Shown piece by piece: positions 18,418-26,830 of a stretch of 64,000 nucleotides of DNA. The translations under genes and the position numbers were made by a program. The DNA comes from Myxococcota bacterium (GTDB lineage Bacteria; Myxococcota_A; UBA9160; PR03). Each line of letters begins with the position of its first letter. Positions within the stretch are counted from its first letter, which is position 1. The DNA is taken from the NCBI GenBank assembly GCA_041611735.1, contig JBFIML010000003.1:1-64000 (forward strand). Direction: 5' to 3'. The notes below the pieces were generated by a model. It made no database searches and was not told the origin of the DNA. It saw only the letters and a program-made list of their open reading frames with translations.

Positions 18418-19820
18418 CCCGACCTCGCGCGCAGGAACGCGAGCACGGCGCGCGTCGCGACGCTGCTCAGGAAGGCACGCAGCGGGTCGTCGAAATGCCT
18501 GCGCTGGCGCACGACGGCCTCCTCGAGCTCGCCGCGAGGGTAGAGGCGGCCTGCGGCCACCACCGCCTCCAGCGTGTCGAGGGCGGCCAGATCGCGGGTC
18601 GGATCCTCGCGGAAGATCAAGAGATCCGCGGCGGCGCCCTCGGCGAGGGTGCCGAGCCCCGGCTCGCCCAGCGCCTCTCCCGCCCGGCGGGTGGCCGCCT
18701 CCCAGGCCTCGCCGGGAGTCAGGCCCGCCGCCACCAGCTCGCGCAGCTCCGCGTGCAGGCTCGCGCCGGGGACGACGAAGGGGTTGAGGGTGTCGGTCCC
18801 GGCCGTCACGCGCACGCCCGCCTCGTGCAGCCTCCGCACCACCTCCCGCATCACGTCGAGGCGCCGGTCCAGGTCGGCGAAGGATCCCGGCACCAGGCCG
18901 CGCAAGAGGGGATTGCGAGCGGGGTCCCAGAGTACGTCCCGGTAGTGACGCGGCAGGAGTCGCGCCGCCGGCTCCTCCCGCAGGCTCCCCATGTCCCCCA
19001 GGCGCGCCGCCCGCTCGAAGACGTGCAGGGTCGGAGTGTGCGTGATCCCGAGCCGTCGGGAGACCTCCACGTAGCCGTCGATCCGTTCCGGGCGTACCAC
19101 CCAGGTCTCATCGGCAAGCCCCATCACGTGCTGCACCTCGACCCCCGGCAGCTCCGCGATCGCGGCGCCCCATGGCACGTGGCCCACCACCGGGAGGTCG
19201 GCCGCCCGGGCGCTGCGGAGGATTCCACGCAAGGCGCTGGAGGAGACCCCGTTGTAGACCTTGGCGCAGTCGGCACCCGCGCGGACCAGCTCCTCCACGG
19301 CCGTCCGGGCCTCGCGCTCGTCGTGCACCACCCGCGCGCCGGGCCAGCCCGGGGGCGCGCCGTCCAGGAAGGGCCCGCAGGCGAACAGGCGCGGGCCGGC
19401 CCGCTCGCCCGCCGCCAGACGGCGCCGGTGCGCGAGCAGATCCCCGAAGCCACCCGTGTCGCGGACGCTGGTCACCCCATGGGCGAGGAAGAGGAGGGCG
19501 AACAGCTCCCGTTCGCCCCAGGCAAAGCGGGGGGGATGATGGACGTGCAGGTCGATCAGGCCCGGCAACACGAAGGCGCCGGCAAAGGCCGTGACGGGGT
19601 CGTCCGGCGCCCCTTCCGCCACGCGGGTGATGCGCCCGCCATCCACGACCACGGTGCGGTCTGCCTCGCGCCGCTGGTTCGGCTCGACGAGCGTCACGTG
19701 CGCGAGCACCGCCCCAGGCTCCGGCACGGCGAGCTGCGGCGGCGAACGCCCGACCCAAAGGCCCAGCAGCCCAAGACCGAGCAGCAGCAACGCGGCCAGG
19801 CGAAGCGCGCGGCGAGTCAT
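18414..19820 (-). CDS. Amidohydrolase-superfamily protein
   Basis: PGLIDLHVH, GVTSVRD, GHVP, AGTD, GAAADL. Confidence 0.9.
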   Translation of the reverse strand: MTRRALRLAALLLLGLGLLGLWVGRSPPQLAVPEPGAVLAHVTLVEPNQRREADRTVVVDGGRITRVAEGAPDDPVTAFAGAFVLPGLIDLHVHHPPRFAWGERELFALLFLAHGVTSVRDTGGFGDLLAHRRRLAAGERAGPRLFACGPFLDGAPPGWPGARVVHDEREARTAVEELVRAGADCAKVYNGVSSSALRGILRSARAADLPVVGHVPWGAAIAELPGVEVQHVMGLADETWVVRPERIDGYVEVSRRLGITHTPTLHVFERAARLGDMGSLREEPAARLLPRHYRDVLWDPARNPLLRGLVPGSFADLDRRLDVMREVVRRLHEAGVRVTAGTDTLNPFVVPGASLHAELRELVAAGLTPGEAWEAATRRAGEALGEPGLGTLAEGAAADLLIFREDPTRDLAALDTLEAVVAAGRLYPRGELEEAVVRQRRHFDDPLRAFLSSVATRAVLAFLRARSG

Positions 19821-19835
19821 GGGGTGCTGGCCCTG

Positions 19836-19923
19836 CCATCGATGATTCGAGGGAGTGCAACGCAGCCAGCGGCGAGCGGGTCGGCGGCGAGACAGGTGAC
19901 GAATTCCTGGGACCGGGCACTAG
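19836..19923. mobile_element. Truncated copy of a MITE-like short element (related to 40178-40331)
   Basis: CCATCGATGATTCGAGGGAGTGCAACGCAGCCAG...TCGGCGGCGAGACAGGTG aligns with the reverse complement of about 40195-40251; ends in CTAG overlapping a stop codon. Confidence 0.6.
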
Positions 19924-20969
19924 TCGAGCCACACGTCGAGCAGCCGTTCGACGATCGCCCCTCCGATCCAGGAGCCGAGGGGCAGCAGCAGGAAGAGGGC
20001 GAACCGCAGCAAGGTGGGCGTGTCGAAGGGCCACGTGTGCACGGCGTCGATGCGGGCCTCCCAGGCCAGGAGCACGGGCAATCGGGCCACGGTCTCGGGC
20101 GAGAGCGGGTCCGTGAGTCGCCCCCGCTCCGCTTCGAGGGCTCGCCGGACCCGGGCGAGCTCGGCCTGCTTGGCTTCGCGCACGGCCCGTTGGATGCCTC
20201 GCGCCGGCAGGATCAGGGCGAGGCTGCCGATCGTGACGGTGAGGACCAGCACCAGCCCCACGACGCCGGGCGCCACCGCCTCGAACACCAGGAGCGACGC
20301 GATCGAGCTGCCCACGAACCAGAAGGCCGCGCCACGCAGTCCGGCCCGCGCAAAGGGTTCCCGGGAGGCGGGGTCGAGCAGTCGCACCTGCGTGGCCGTG
20401 CGGCCCAGCATCGAGAGCGTCCGCCCCGCGCGCAGGCTCAGGTAGCTCATGCGTCCCAGCAGCGCGAAGAGGCACACGTTGAGGACCACTCCCCAGGCGG
20501 AGAGGACGGTGCCCAGGGCGAGCTCGGGAGCCAGGACCTCTCGCGTCAGCAGCTCGAGGCCGAGGCCGAACAGGGCGCCCGCGCCCATGGAGGCCGCGAG
20601 CGGGCGGCAATCCGGGGACACCGCCCCGCGCACGAGTCTCGCGTGCTCGGGCTCCGGAAGCCGGAGCACCGGGCCCAGCGCGACGTAGTCCCGCACCGCC
20701 CCGCGCCGGCCCACGCGGGCCACCGCCACCGTGTACGCGATCAGGACGGCCAGCACGAGGTCGTAGCGGGCACCCCGGGCCAGGCCGAGCGGCTGACCGG
20801 ACCCGCGCAGGAGCTCGAGCTGACCCAGGCCGGCGGCACTGGCCAGGTAGGCGGCCACCAGGGCGGCCAGCACGACCACCCCCAACCACAGGGAGGAGAG
20901 CGGCAGCCGTGCGAGCAAGCGGTCGACACGCCCGCCGCCCGGCTGCTCCTCGGCCCATGCGTCCGCCAC
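19920..20969 (-). CDS. Integral membrane hypothetical protein
   Basis: About 7 hydrophobic segments; C-terminal TWPFDTPTLLRF. Confidence 0.75.
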   Translation of the reverse strand: MADAWAEEQPGGGRVDRLLARLPLSSLWLGVVVLAALVAAYLASAAGLGQLELLRGSGQPLGLARGARYDLVLAVLIAYTVAVARVGRRGAVRDYVALGPVLRLPEPEHARLVRGAVSPDCRPLAASMGAGALFGLGLELLTREVLAPELALGTVLSAWGVVLNVCLFALLGRMSYLSLRAGRTLSMLGRTATQVRLLDPASREPFARAGLRGAAFWFVGSSIASLLVFEAVAPGVVGLVLVLTVTIGSLALILPARGIQRAVREAKQAELARVRRALEAERGRLTDPLSPETVARLPVLLAWEARIDAVHTWPFDTPTLLRFALFLLLPLGSWIGGAIVERLLDVWLD

Positions 20970-21038
20970 GGGTCAACCATACCGAAGGCCGGGGAGTCGG
21001 GAACGCGAAGCCGGACGGGCCGGGGGTATACTGCCTGC

Positions 21039-22085
21039 GTGCCCGCCACGGAGACGCCCATGCCCCCCACCCGCTTCGAGCTCTTCGACCCCCTGCTCCC
21101 GGGCGCCCTGGCCGGGCGGATGATCGAGCTGTGCGAATCCTTGGGCAGCTACGGAACCTACGGCCGCGAACCGATCCGGGAGGGGCTCGGCCGCGGGCTC
21201 GCCCAGCGCCACGACGCGGCGGCGAACTTCCTGCGCACGGGAGGTCGCTTCGGGCGTCGCGAGCCGGCGGCGGTGCTCGCCGCCCGCACCAACTACTTCC
21301 GGGAAACCTACGCATACGGCGACGACGTCCGCCTGCCCGGCATCGAGCCGTTCCGGGACTTCGAGGGCTTCGCCGAGGCGGCGCGAAAGCTCTACGACGC
21401 CAGCGTGGTCCAGCCTTCCATCGTCTACGCGAACATCCTGGTTCCGGGTCAGGAGCTGGCGGTCCACACCGACGTGCCGGAGTTTCGCGGCATGAACCGG
21501 ACCACGGAGCCGGAGTGGCTGCTGGTGGTCATGCACCACTCGGGCCTCTTCGACCGCTGGCGCATGCGCATCGCTACCGCCGTGGCGTGGTTCCAATCCT
21601 GTGTGGGAGGGGCCTTCGCGTTCTATCCGGACGGCCGCGAGGGAGCCCCTCGCACGCTTCCGGCGCGCCACAACACCGGCGTGCTGCTCGACACGGATTC
21701 GACCTTCCACGGGGTCGACCGGGTGCAGGAGACGGAGCATCCGATTCCTCCCATGCGGCCGGGGGTCCGCCTGATCTTCGAGGGAAACGGCCGCTGGCGG
21801 GTCGACCAGGACGGCGAGACCCTGGCCCGCTATGGCTGGGGCGTGCTGCGCTTCTCCATCTCCTGGAAGGCCTACGTCCACGGCGACGAGCAGGAGCGCC
21901 GCGTCGTGCGGGAGCACGCCGACGACCTGACCCGAGAGCGGGTGGTCGACGCCCTGGTCGCGGACCTGCGCAGGCGGGGCCGTCTGGGCCCCGGCCTTCC
22001 GGACGAGACCGAGCTCGCCCTGCTCATGATCGACGAGTACGTCCACTTCCCGCCTTCGCGGCAGGAAACCCCCGCCGCGTCCTGA
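21039..22085 (+). CDS. Hypothetical protein with 2OG-Fe(II) oxygenase-like HxD...H triad
   Basis: LAVHTDVPEFRG and TFHGVDRV, then LRFSISWK; start is GTG 21039 or ATG 21060. Confidence 0.65.
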   Translation: MPATETPMPPTRFELFDPLLPGALAGRMIELCESLGSYGTYGREPIREGLGRGLAQRHDAAANFLRTGGRFGRREPAAVLAARTNYFRETYAYGDDVRLPGIEPFRDFEGFAEAARKLYDASVVQPSIVYANILVPGQELAVHTDVPEFRGMNRTTEPEWLLVVMHHSGLFDRWRMRIATAVAWFQSCVGGAFAFYPDGREGAPRTLPARHNTGVLLDTDSTFHGVDRVQETEHPIPPMRPGVRLIFEGNGRWRVDQDGETLARYGWGVLRFSISWKAYVHGDEQERRVVREHADDLTRERVVDALVADLRRRGRLGPGLPDETELALLMIDEYVHFPPSRQETPAAS

Positions 22086-22102
22086 AGCGGAGGAACGGAC
22101 CG

Positions 22103-22540
22103 ATGGAGCCGCTGCTGGCCCAACCCGCCGTGCGTCTCTACGCCATCTGCGCCCTGTTGCTCGTCTTGAAGATGATGCTCACCGGAGCCTGGACCAGCGT
22201 GTTGCGCATCCGGCGCCGCGTCTATGCCACGCCCGAGGACTACACCTTCCAGGGCATGACGACCCGGGCGGGGGCCGACGAGGAGATCGAGCGCGTGCGG
22301 CGTGCCCACCGCAACGATCTCGAGAACGTACTCCCCTTCCTGGCGGTGGGGTTCCTGTTCGCGGCCGGCGACCCCTCGCCCCTGGCGGCGCGGGTCGGGC
22401 TGGTGGGCTTCACCGCGGCCCGCATCCTGCACACGATCTTCTACGTGCGCTCGATGCAGCCGTGGCGCACCGTCGCCTTCGCGATTGGCTTCCTGCTGCT
22501 GCTCTGGATGCTGCTCGCCGCCCTGGTCGGGCTGCTCTGA
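22103..22540 (+). CDS. MAPEG-family membrane protein (microsomal GST/PGES-like)
   Basis: TPED, ERVRRAHRNDLEN, ARILHT; GGAGG SD. Confidence 0.92.
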   Translation: MEPLLAQPAVRLYAICALLLVLKMMLTGAWTSVLRIRRRVYATPEDYTFQGMTTRAGADEEIERVRRAHRNDLENVLPFLAVGFLFAAGDPSPLAARVGLVGFTAARILHTIFYVRSMQPWRTVAFAIGFLLLLWMLLAALVGLL

Positions 22541-22548
22541 GGGCGGGG

Positions 22549-23397
22549 TCAGAACGCCTCGAGCGGGGTCGGGTCGCGCTCCGCCAGGATGTCCTCCACC
22601 CGGGTGCGCACGCGCTCCTTCCAGTCGGGATGGGTCAGGACCCAGAAGCGTCGCGCCCGGATGGCCGCCACCACCCGTTCCGCCACCTGCTCCGGCAGCA
22701 TGCTCGCCGCCATGAGCGTGCGCGCGGCCTGCTGCACCTCCTCGGCCCCCGCGGCGCGCGGGAGTCCGGCGGGCCACAGCGCCCCGGGCCGGTTGCGCTC
22801 CGAGTCCAGGATGCGCGTGTTCACCCAGGCCGGGCAGAGCACGGAGGCCCGGACTCGGCCCCCCTGCTCCAGGAGCTCGTGGTGCAGCGCCTCCGTGAGG
22901 GTGACGACTGCGTGCTTGGTGACGGCGTAGTCCGCACAGCGCGGTAGCGAGACGAGCCCGAGAACCGAGGCCGTGTTCACCACGTGGCCCTCGTCGCCCT
23001 GCTCGAGCAGGGTCGGCACGAAGGTGCGCACGCCGTGGATCACGCCCCACAGGTTCACGCCGAGCACCCACTGCCAGTCCGCCGGGGTGCGCTCCCACGT
23101 GGCCGCCACCGTGCCGGAGACGCCCGCGTTGTTGCAGACCACGTGCACCGCTCCGAAGGCGGACAGGGTCTGGCGCGCCAGGCGTTCCACGTCCTCGGCC
23201 CGGGAGACGTCGGTGGGAACACCGATCACCTGCGCCCCCTGGGCCTCGAGGGTTCGGCGGGCCTTCTCGAGCGCCGGCTCCTCCACGTCGGCGAGCGCCA
23301 CCCTCATGCCCTCGGCGGCGAAGCGCTCGGCCAGGGCGTACCCGATTCCGCTGGCCGACCCCGTCACCACCGCCACCCGCTCGCGAAGCTCCCGCAC
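22549..23397 (-). CDS. Short-chain dehydrogenase/reductase
   Basis: TGSASGIG, NNAG, YAVTK. Confidence 0.93.
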   Translation of the reverse strand: MRELRERVAVVTGSASGIGYALAERFAAEGMRVALADVEEPALEKARRTLEAQGAQVIGVPTDVSRAEDVERLARQTLSAFGAVHVVCNNAGVSGTVAATWERTPADWQWVLGVNLWGVIHGVRTFVPTLLEQGDEGHVVNTASVLGLVSLPRCADYAVTKHAVVTLTEALHHELLEQGGRVRASVLCPAWVNTRILDSERNRPGALWPAGLPRAAGAEEVQQAARTLMAASMLPEQVAERVVAAIRARRFWVLTHPDWKERVRTRVEDILAERDPTPLEAF

Positions 23398-23607
23398 GAG
23401 GCCTCCTGGATCTCCCGCTTCGGCGTCGGACGGCCCCGACGCGTCGCCGGCGAAGCCTATCGCAGCGGGGCACGCGCTCGCCGGGAGCGCGCGCGGTCGC
23501 CGCTTGCTCGGGAGCGGGCTCGGGGGCTAGGGTCCGGAGGGGGCGGGCCGCGGCTGGGAGAGCGGATCACGGGCAAGTCGGAGAGCGGGACGAGCGGGCG
23601 GGTCGAC

Positions 23608-24036
23608 GTGGGCTTCACGCACGTGGCCCTGGCGGTGCGCGACGTCGAGGCGAGCATCGGCTTCTACTCCCGCTACGCGAGCATGCACGTGGTGCACCGC
23701 CGCAGCGACGGCATCCATCGGGTGGTGTGGCTGAGCGACCTGACGCGCCCGTTCGTGGTGGTCCTGCTGGAGTCCGAGGGCCCGGTCGCCCTCTTGCAGG
23801 GCTCCGCGCACCTGGGGATCGGCTGCGCCAGTCGCGAGGCGGTGGACCGGCTCTGCGAGCTGGCACGGCGCGAGCAGCGCCTCGCCCTGGGACCGACGGA
23901 TTCGGGGCCGCCCGTGGGGTACTGGGCGATCGTCCGGGACCCGGACGGTCACAACCTGGAGCTCTCCTACGGCCAGGAGGTGGGCCTCGCGGTGCGGGAA
24001 GCGGGCGACGAGAGCGAGGGCCCTGCGCGCCCCTGA
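23608..24036 (+). CDS. VOC/glyoxalase-family protein
   Basis: FTHVAL, HLGIGC, RDPDGHNLE. Confidence 0.88.
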   Translation: MGFTHVALAVRDVEASIGFYSRYASMHVVHRRSDGIHRVVWLSDLTRPFVVVLLESEGPVALLQGSAHLGIGCASREAVDRLCELARREQRLALGPTDSGPPVGYWAIVRDPDGHNLELSYGQEVGLAVREAGDESEGPARP

Positions 24037-24108
24037 CGCCGCGGGCCTCGACGGCCCGCAGCGCGCGCCCAGATGCCCCGCCGCAGGAGCGGTCTGGTTG
24101 GCTCCGGG

Positions 24109-24663
24109 CTAGAAGGTGCTCACGCCGGAGAAGCCGTCGCAGGGGCCGACCATGTCCAGGCGGTCGTTCAGCCCCGTGGCGGGATCCCAGACCCCGGTGT
24201 CCGGGCAGACGGCCCCGGCGATCTGTCCCCCGCCGGTCGGGTGCTTTCGCACGTATCCGAAGGCGCTCTGCACCCCGTCCCCGTCCAGGTCGGAGATGGC
24301 CTCGGCGGTGAAGACCTGGGCGGCGCCGGCGGGCACGAAGACGCCGTACTGGAACTGGACGGTGCCGTCCGGCGCCCAGCCGATGCGCTCGAAGTCGCTG
24401 CCCGCGGGCCAGGCGACCTTGTTCGCGCCTGGCGGCGTCGCCGGGGTCGGAGCGGCACCGACGAAGGTGCCGAACTCCCCGAAGAAGGCCTCCTCGGCGG
24501 TGCGGATCGCGGACAGGTTCGTGCGCCCCTCTCCGACCTTGGTGCGCAGCTGCACCTTCTGGAAGCTCGGAATCGCGATGGCCGCCAGCACGCCGACGAT
24601 CGCGACGCTGATCATGAGTTCGAGCAGGGTGAAGCCCGCTCGCTGCGTCGTCGGCTGCCGCAT
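24109..24663 (-). CDS. pilA: Type IV pilin (PilA-like)
   Basis: Class III signal RAG|FTLLELMISVAIVGVLAAIAIP; C-terminal Cys pair. Confidence 0.85.
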   Translation of the reverse strand: MRQPTTQRAGFTLLELMISVAIVGVLAAIAIPSFQKVQLRTKVGEGRTNLSAIRTAEEAFFGEFGTFVGAAPTPATPPGANKVAWPAGSDFERIGWAPDGTVQFQYGVFVPAGAAQVFTAEAISDLDGDGVQSAFGYVRKHPTGGGQIAGAVCPDTGVWDPATGLNDRLDMVGPCDGFSGVSTF

Positions 24664-24729
24664 CGCGTCTCCGTGTGGGCCAGACGGGCCGGCTCCGCCC
24701 CGGGGAACGGCCCTTGGGTCTCATCGACA

Positions 24730-24745
24730 AGCAGGGGGCGTGCCA
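24730..24745 (-). promoter_or_regulatory. Sigma-54 (-24/-12) promoter of the pilin gene
   Basis: Minus strand TGGCACGCCCCCTGCT gives GG-N10-GC, about 67 nt upstream of the ATG. Confidence 0.8.
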
Positions 24746-24868
24746 TGAGACGGACGGGCCGGCGCCGGGCGCAACCGATGGCGCAACCCCCCGCTCCCCG
24801 AGGCGGACCCAGGTCCGGCCGGGCACCGCCTGCTCCTCCGAAGGACGGGCCGGTGACGAAACGGCGCC

Positions 24869-24900
24869 CCTCCCGGGTTTCGGATCCGTAACCGGGGAGG
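24869..24900 (-). terminator. Inverted repeat downstream of the pspC/ECF operon (terminator or activator site)
   Basis: CCTCCCGGGTTTCGGA / TCCGTAACCGGGGAGG imperfect hairpin; weak U-tract. Confidence 0.45.
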
Positions 24901-24966
24901 TTCTCCAGTGATTGGCATTCCGCGGCTCGAGAGCGGTACGCCCGGGGGCGCCCCAAGAAGAGTCGA

Positions 24967-25272
24967 TCAGTCGAGAACGTCTCCCTGAGCGGGCATGGCG
25001 ATCCAGAGGGCGATGTAGAGCAGCAGGACAACGCCCGCCGAGAGCAGGAAGCCGATGGCGAAGGCCACGCGCAGGATCGTCACCGAGATGCCGAAGTGCT
25101 CGGCCAGCCCCGCGCAGACGCCTGCGAGCATGCGCCCGTGCTGCGGACGCGTCCACGGTGCCGAGAGACCCCGCAGCGCCCGCGGCTCGACGAAGCTCCC
25201 GCAGTAGCGGCACTTCACGGCCTCGCTCCGGATCGTCTCGGCGCACCAGGGGCAGCGCTTCTCTTCGCTCAT
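24967..25272 (-). CDS. Zn-ribbon + PspC-domain protein
   Basis: CPWC...KCRYC, then GRMLAGVCAGLAEHFGISVTILRV...LYIALWIAMP. Confidence 0.9.
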   Translation of the reverse strand: MSEEKRCPWCAETIRSEAVKCRYCGSFVEPRALRGLSAPWTRPQHGRMLAGVCAGLAEHFGISVTILRVAFAIGFLLSAGVVLLLYIALWIAMPAQGDVLD

Positions 25273-25769
25273 GCGGGCTCCAGGGCGGCCTGCCGCCGGA
25301 TTTCCTGGCGCCGCGCCCAGAGCACGAGCAGCGGGATCGAGCCGTAGACGACGCCGAGGACGAGAGCCGTCGAGCCGAAGTAGACCGCGCCGAGCCAATC
25401 GAGCAGCAGGACCGGGAGGACCCCGCCGAGGAGCGCCACGGCCCCCCGCGCCACGAGCCAGCCGTGCACGACCGCCACGGGCAGCGCCACCAGCGCCACC
25501 GCCAGCGCCCGGGCCACGTCCCGCGCGTAGCCGCGCAGGGCCCGCTCCTCGCCCAGGGCCCGCAAGGCCTGGCTGCGGGCGGCCTCGAGCGCCGCCGCAG
25601 GCAGGGCGGGGACGACGACCCCGTCCAGCTCCGCGGCGAGCTCGGTCAGGAAGCGAAGCTGAGCCCCGCAGGCGCTGCACGCCGCGGCATGGTCGCGATC
25701 CGTCTCCGCGAACTCCGTCCGTCCCAGGGCTGCCTCATCGAGGCGCCGCTGGACCTCCTCGCAGCTCAC
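25269..25769 (-). CDS. Membrane anti-sigma factor (zf-HC2/ZAS-like)
   Basis: SCEEV...DHAAACSAC (HxxxCxxC) followed by TM helices; coupled to the ECF gene. Confidence 0.8.
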   Translation of the reverse strand: MSCEEVQRRLDEAALGRTEFAETDRDHAAACSACGAQLRFLTELAAELDGVVVPALPAAALEAARSQALRALGEERALRGYARDVARALAVALVALPVAVVHGWLVARGAVALLGGVLPVLLLDWLGAVYFGSTALVLGVVYGSIPLLVLWARRQEIRRQAALEPA

Positions 25770-26275
25770 GCCGTCTCCTCCCCTCGCAGCATCCGCATCG
25801 CCGCGTGCAGGCGGCTCTTGACGGTGCCGCGCGGGACGTCGAGGGCCTGGGCCAGCTCGCCCTCGTCGAGACCCTCGTAGTAGCGCAGCACGACCACCTC
25901 TCGCAGGCGCGCCGGGAGCCGCGCGAGCCGCCCGCGCACGTCCGCCTGCTCGAGGGCGCTGGCGCCGCTCGTCTCGGCGGCAAGCGCCGGGGTCCCCTCG
26001 CGCCGCACCCGACGCCGGCGGTGGTGGTCGCGCGCCAGGTTCGCGGCGATTCCCCAGGCCCAGGGACGAAAACGCCGCCCCGGATCGAAGCGGCGCGCCC
26101 CCCGCGCAATCCGGATCCAGGTCTCCTGCAGGAGATCCTCCGCCTCCGCCGGGTCGCCGGTCATGCGGGCGAGGAAGCGATGCAGGGGCGCCGCGTGGCG
26201 GTCCACCAACGCGGACAGCGCCCCTGCGTCGCTGCGGGCCGCCACCGCCGCCATCAGCTCCTCGTCGGATTCCAT
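25766..26275 (-). CDS. ECF RNA polymerase sigma factor
   Basis: SDEELM, EAEDLLQETW, IAANLARDH, GTVKSRLH. Confidence 0.93.
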   Translation of the reverse strand: MESDEELMAAVAARSDAGALSALVDRHAAPLHRFLARMTGDPAEAEDLLQETWIRIARGARRFDPGRRFRPWAWGIAANLARDHHRRRRVRREGTPALAAETSGASALEQADVRGRLARLPARLREVVVLRYYEGLDEGELAQALDVPRGTVKSRLHAAMRMLRGEETA

Positions 26276-26697
26276 CCGCCGGAGGCCTCTCCTCCGCTGG
26301 CGCCCTCGCGACGCTCCTCCGGCGGCTTGGGGGCGTCGCCGTGCGGCCCGCCGCTTCCGCCTCGGCCCACCAGGGTGTTCAGGGCGTCCGCAAGCCGGTC
26401 GGCGGCGGAGCGCCCGCCCGGGGCGTCCGGAAGCAGGAACCACAGGATGGCGTAGAGCGCGATCCCGAGCCCGTGGAAGAGCGCGAGCAGCAGGAACCCC
26501 ACCCGCACCGCGGTGATCGAGACGCCCAGGTTGTGGGCCACCGCCGCGCACACGCCAGCCAGCTTCCGGTCGGCGTAGCCGCGATGCCAGTCGCGCGGGT
26601 CACTCAGCCCGCTCTCGAGTCGGCTGCCGCAGTAGCGGCACTTGCGGGCCTCCTCCCGCACCTGCTCCGCACACCAGGGACAGGTCTTCTCGGCCAT
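26254..26697 (-). CDS. Zn-ribbon + PspC-domain protein (paralogue)
   Basis: CPWC...KCRYC; DRKLAGVCAAVAHNLG...LYAILWFLLP; GGGAGG SD. Confidence 0.9.
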   Translation of the reverse strand: MAEKTCPWCAEQVREEARKCRYCGSRLESGLSDPRDWHRGYADRKLAGVCAAVAHNLGVSITAVRVGFLLLALFHGLGIALYAILWFLLPDAPGGRSAADRLADALNTLVGRGGSGGPHGDAPKPPEERREGASGGEASGGWNPTRS

Positions 26698-26749
26698 GGG
26701 ATCCTCCCTCCCGAACGCCGGGGGCGCGGTTGGCGTCCTCACCTGCTTG

Positions 26750-26775
26750 TACGCGCCGGGGCCGGCAGAGGTTCA
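26750..26775 (-). promoter_or_regulatory. ECF (SigW-like) promoter
   Basis: Minus strand TGAACC-N16-CGTA, 53 nt upstream of the operon's first ATG. Confidence 0.65.
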
Positions 26776-26830
26776 CGGGAGGTGGATCCGGCTCTCCCGC
26801 GGGGATCCGGCGCGACCTGGGAGGGCCGGA

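Noticed and set aside
18258-21038. 1275-aa ORF and many other long overlapping ORFs (e.g. 45876-48902, 36114-38810, 60801-63371)
   Set aside because: These are shadow frames of real genes in high-GC DNA; Arg/Pro/Gly/Ala-rich with no motifs. Only the C-terminal part of 18258-22085 looks real.
24664-24729. c-di-GMP/cGAMP (GEMM-I) riboswitch before the pilin
   Set aside because: The leader is short and lacks the GGCAAAC...GCAAAG core.
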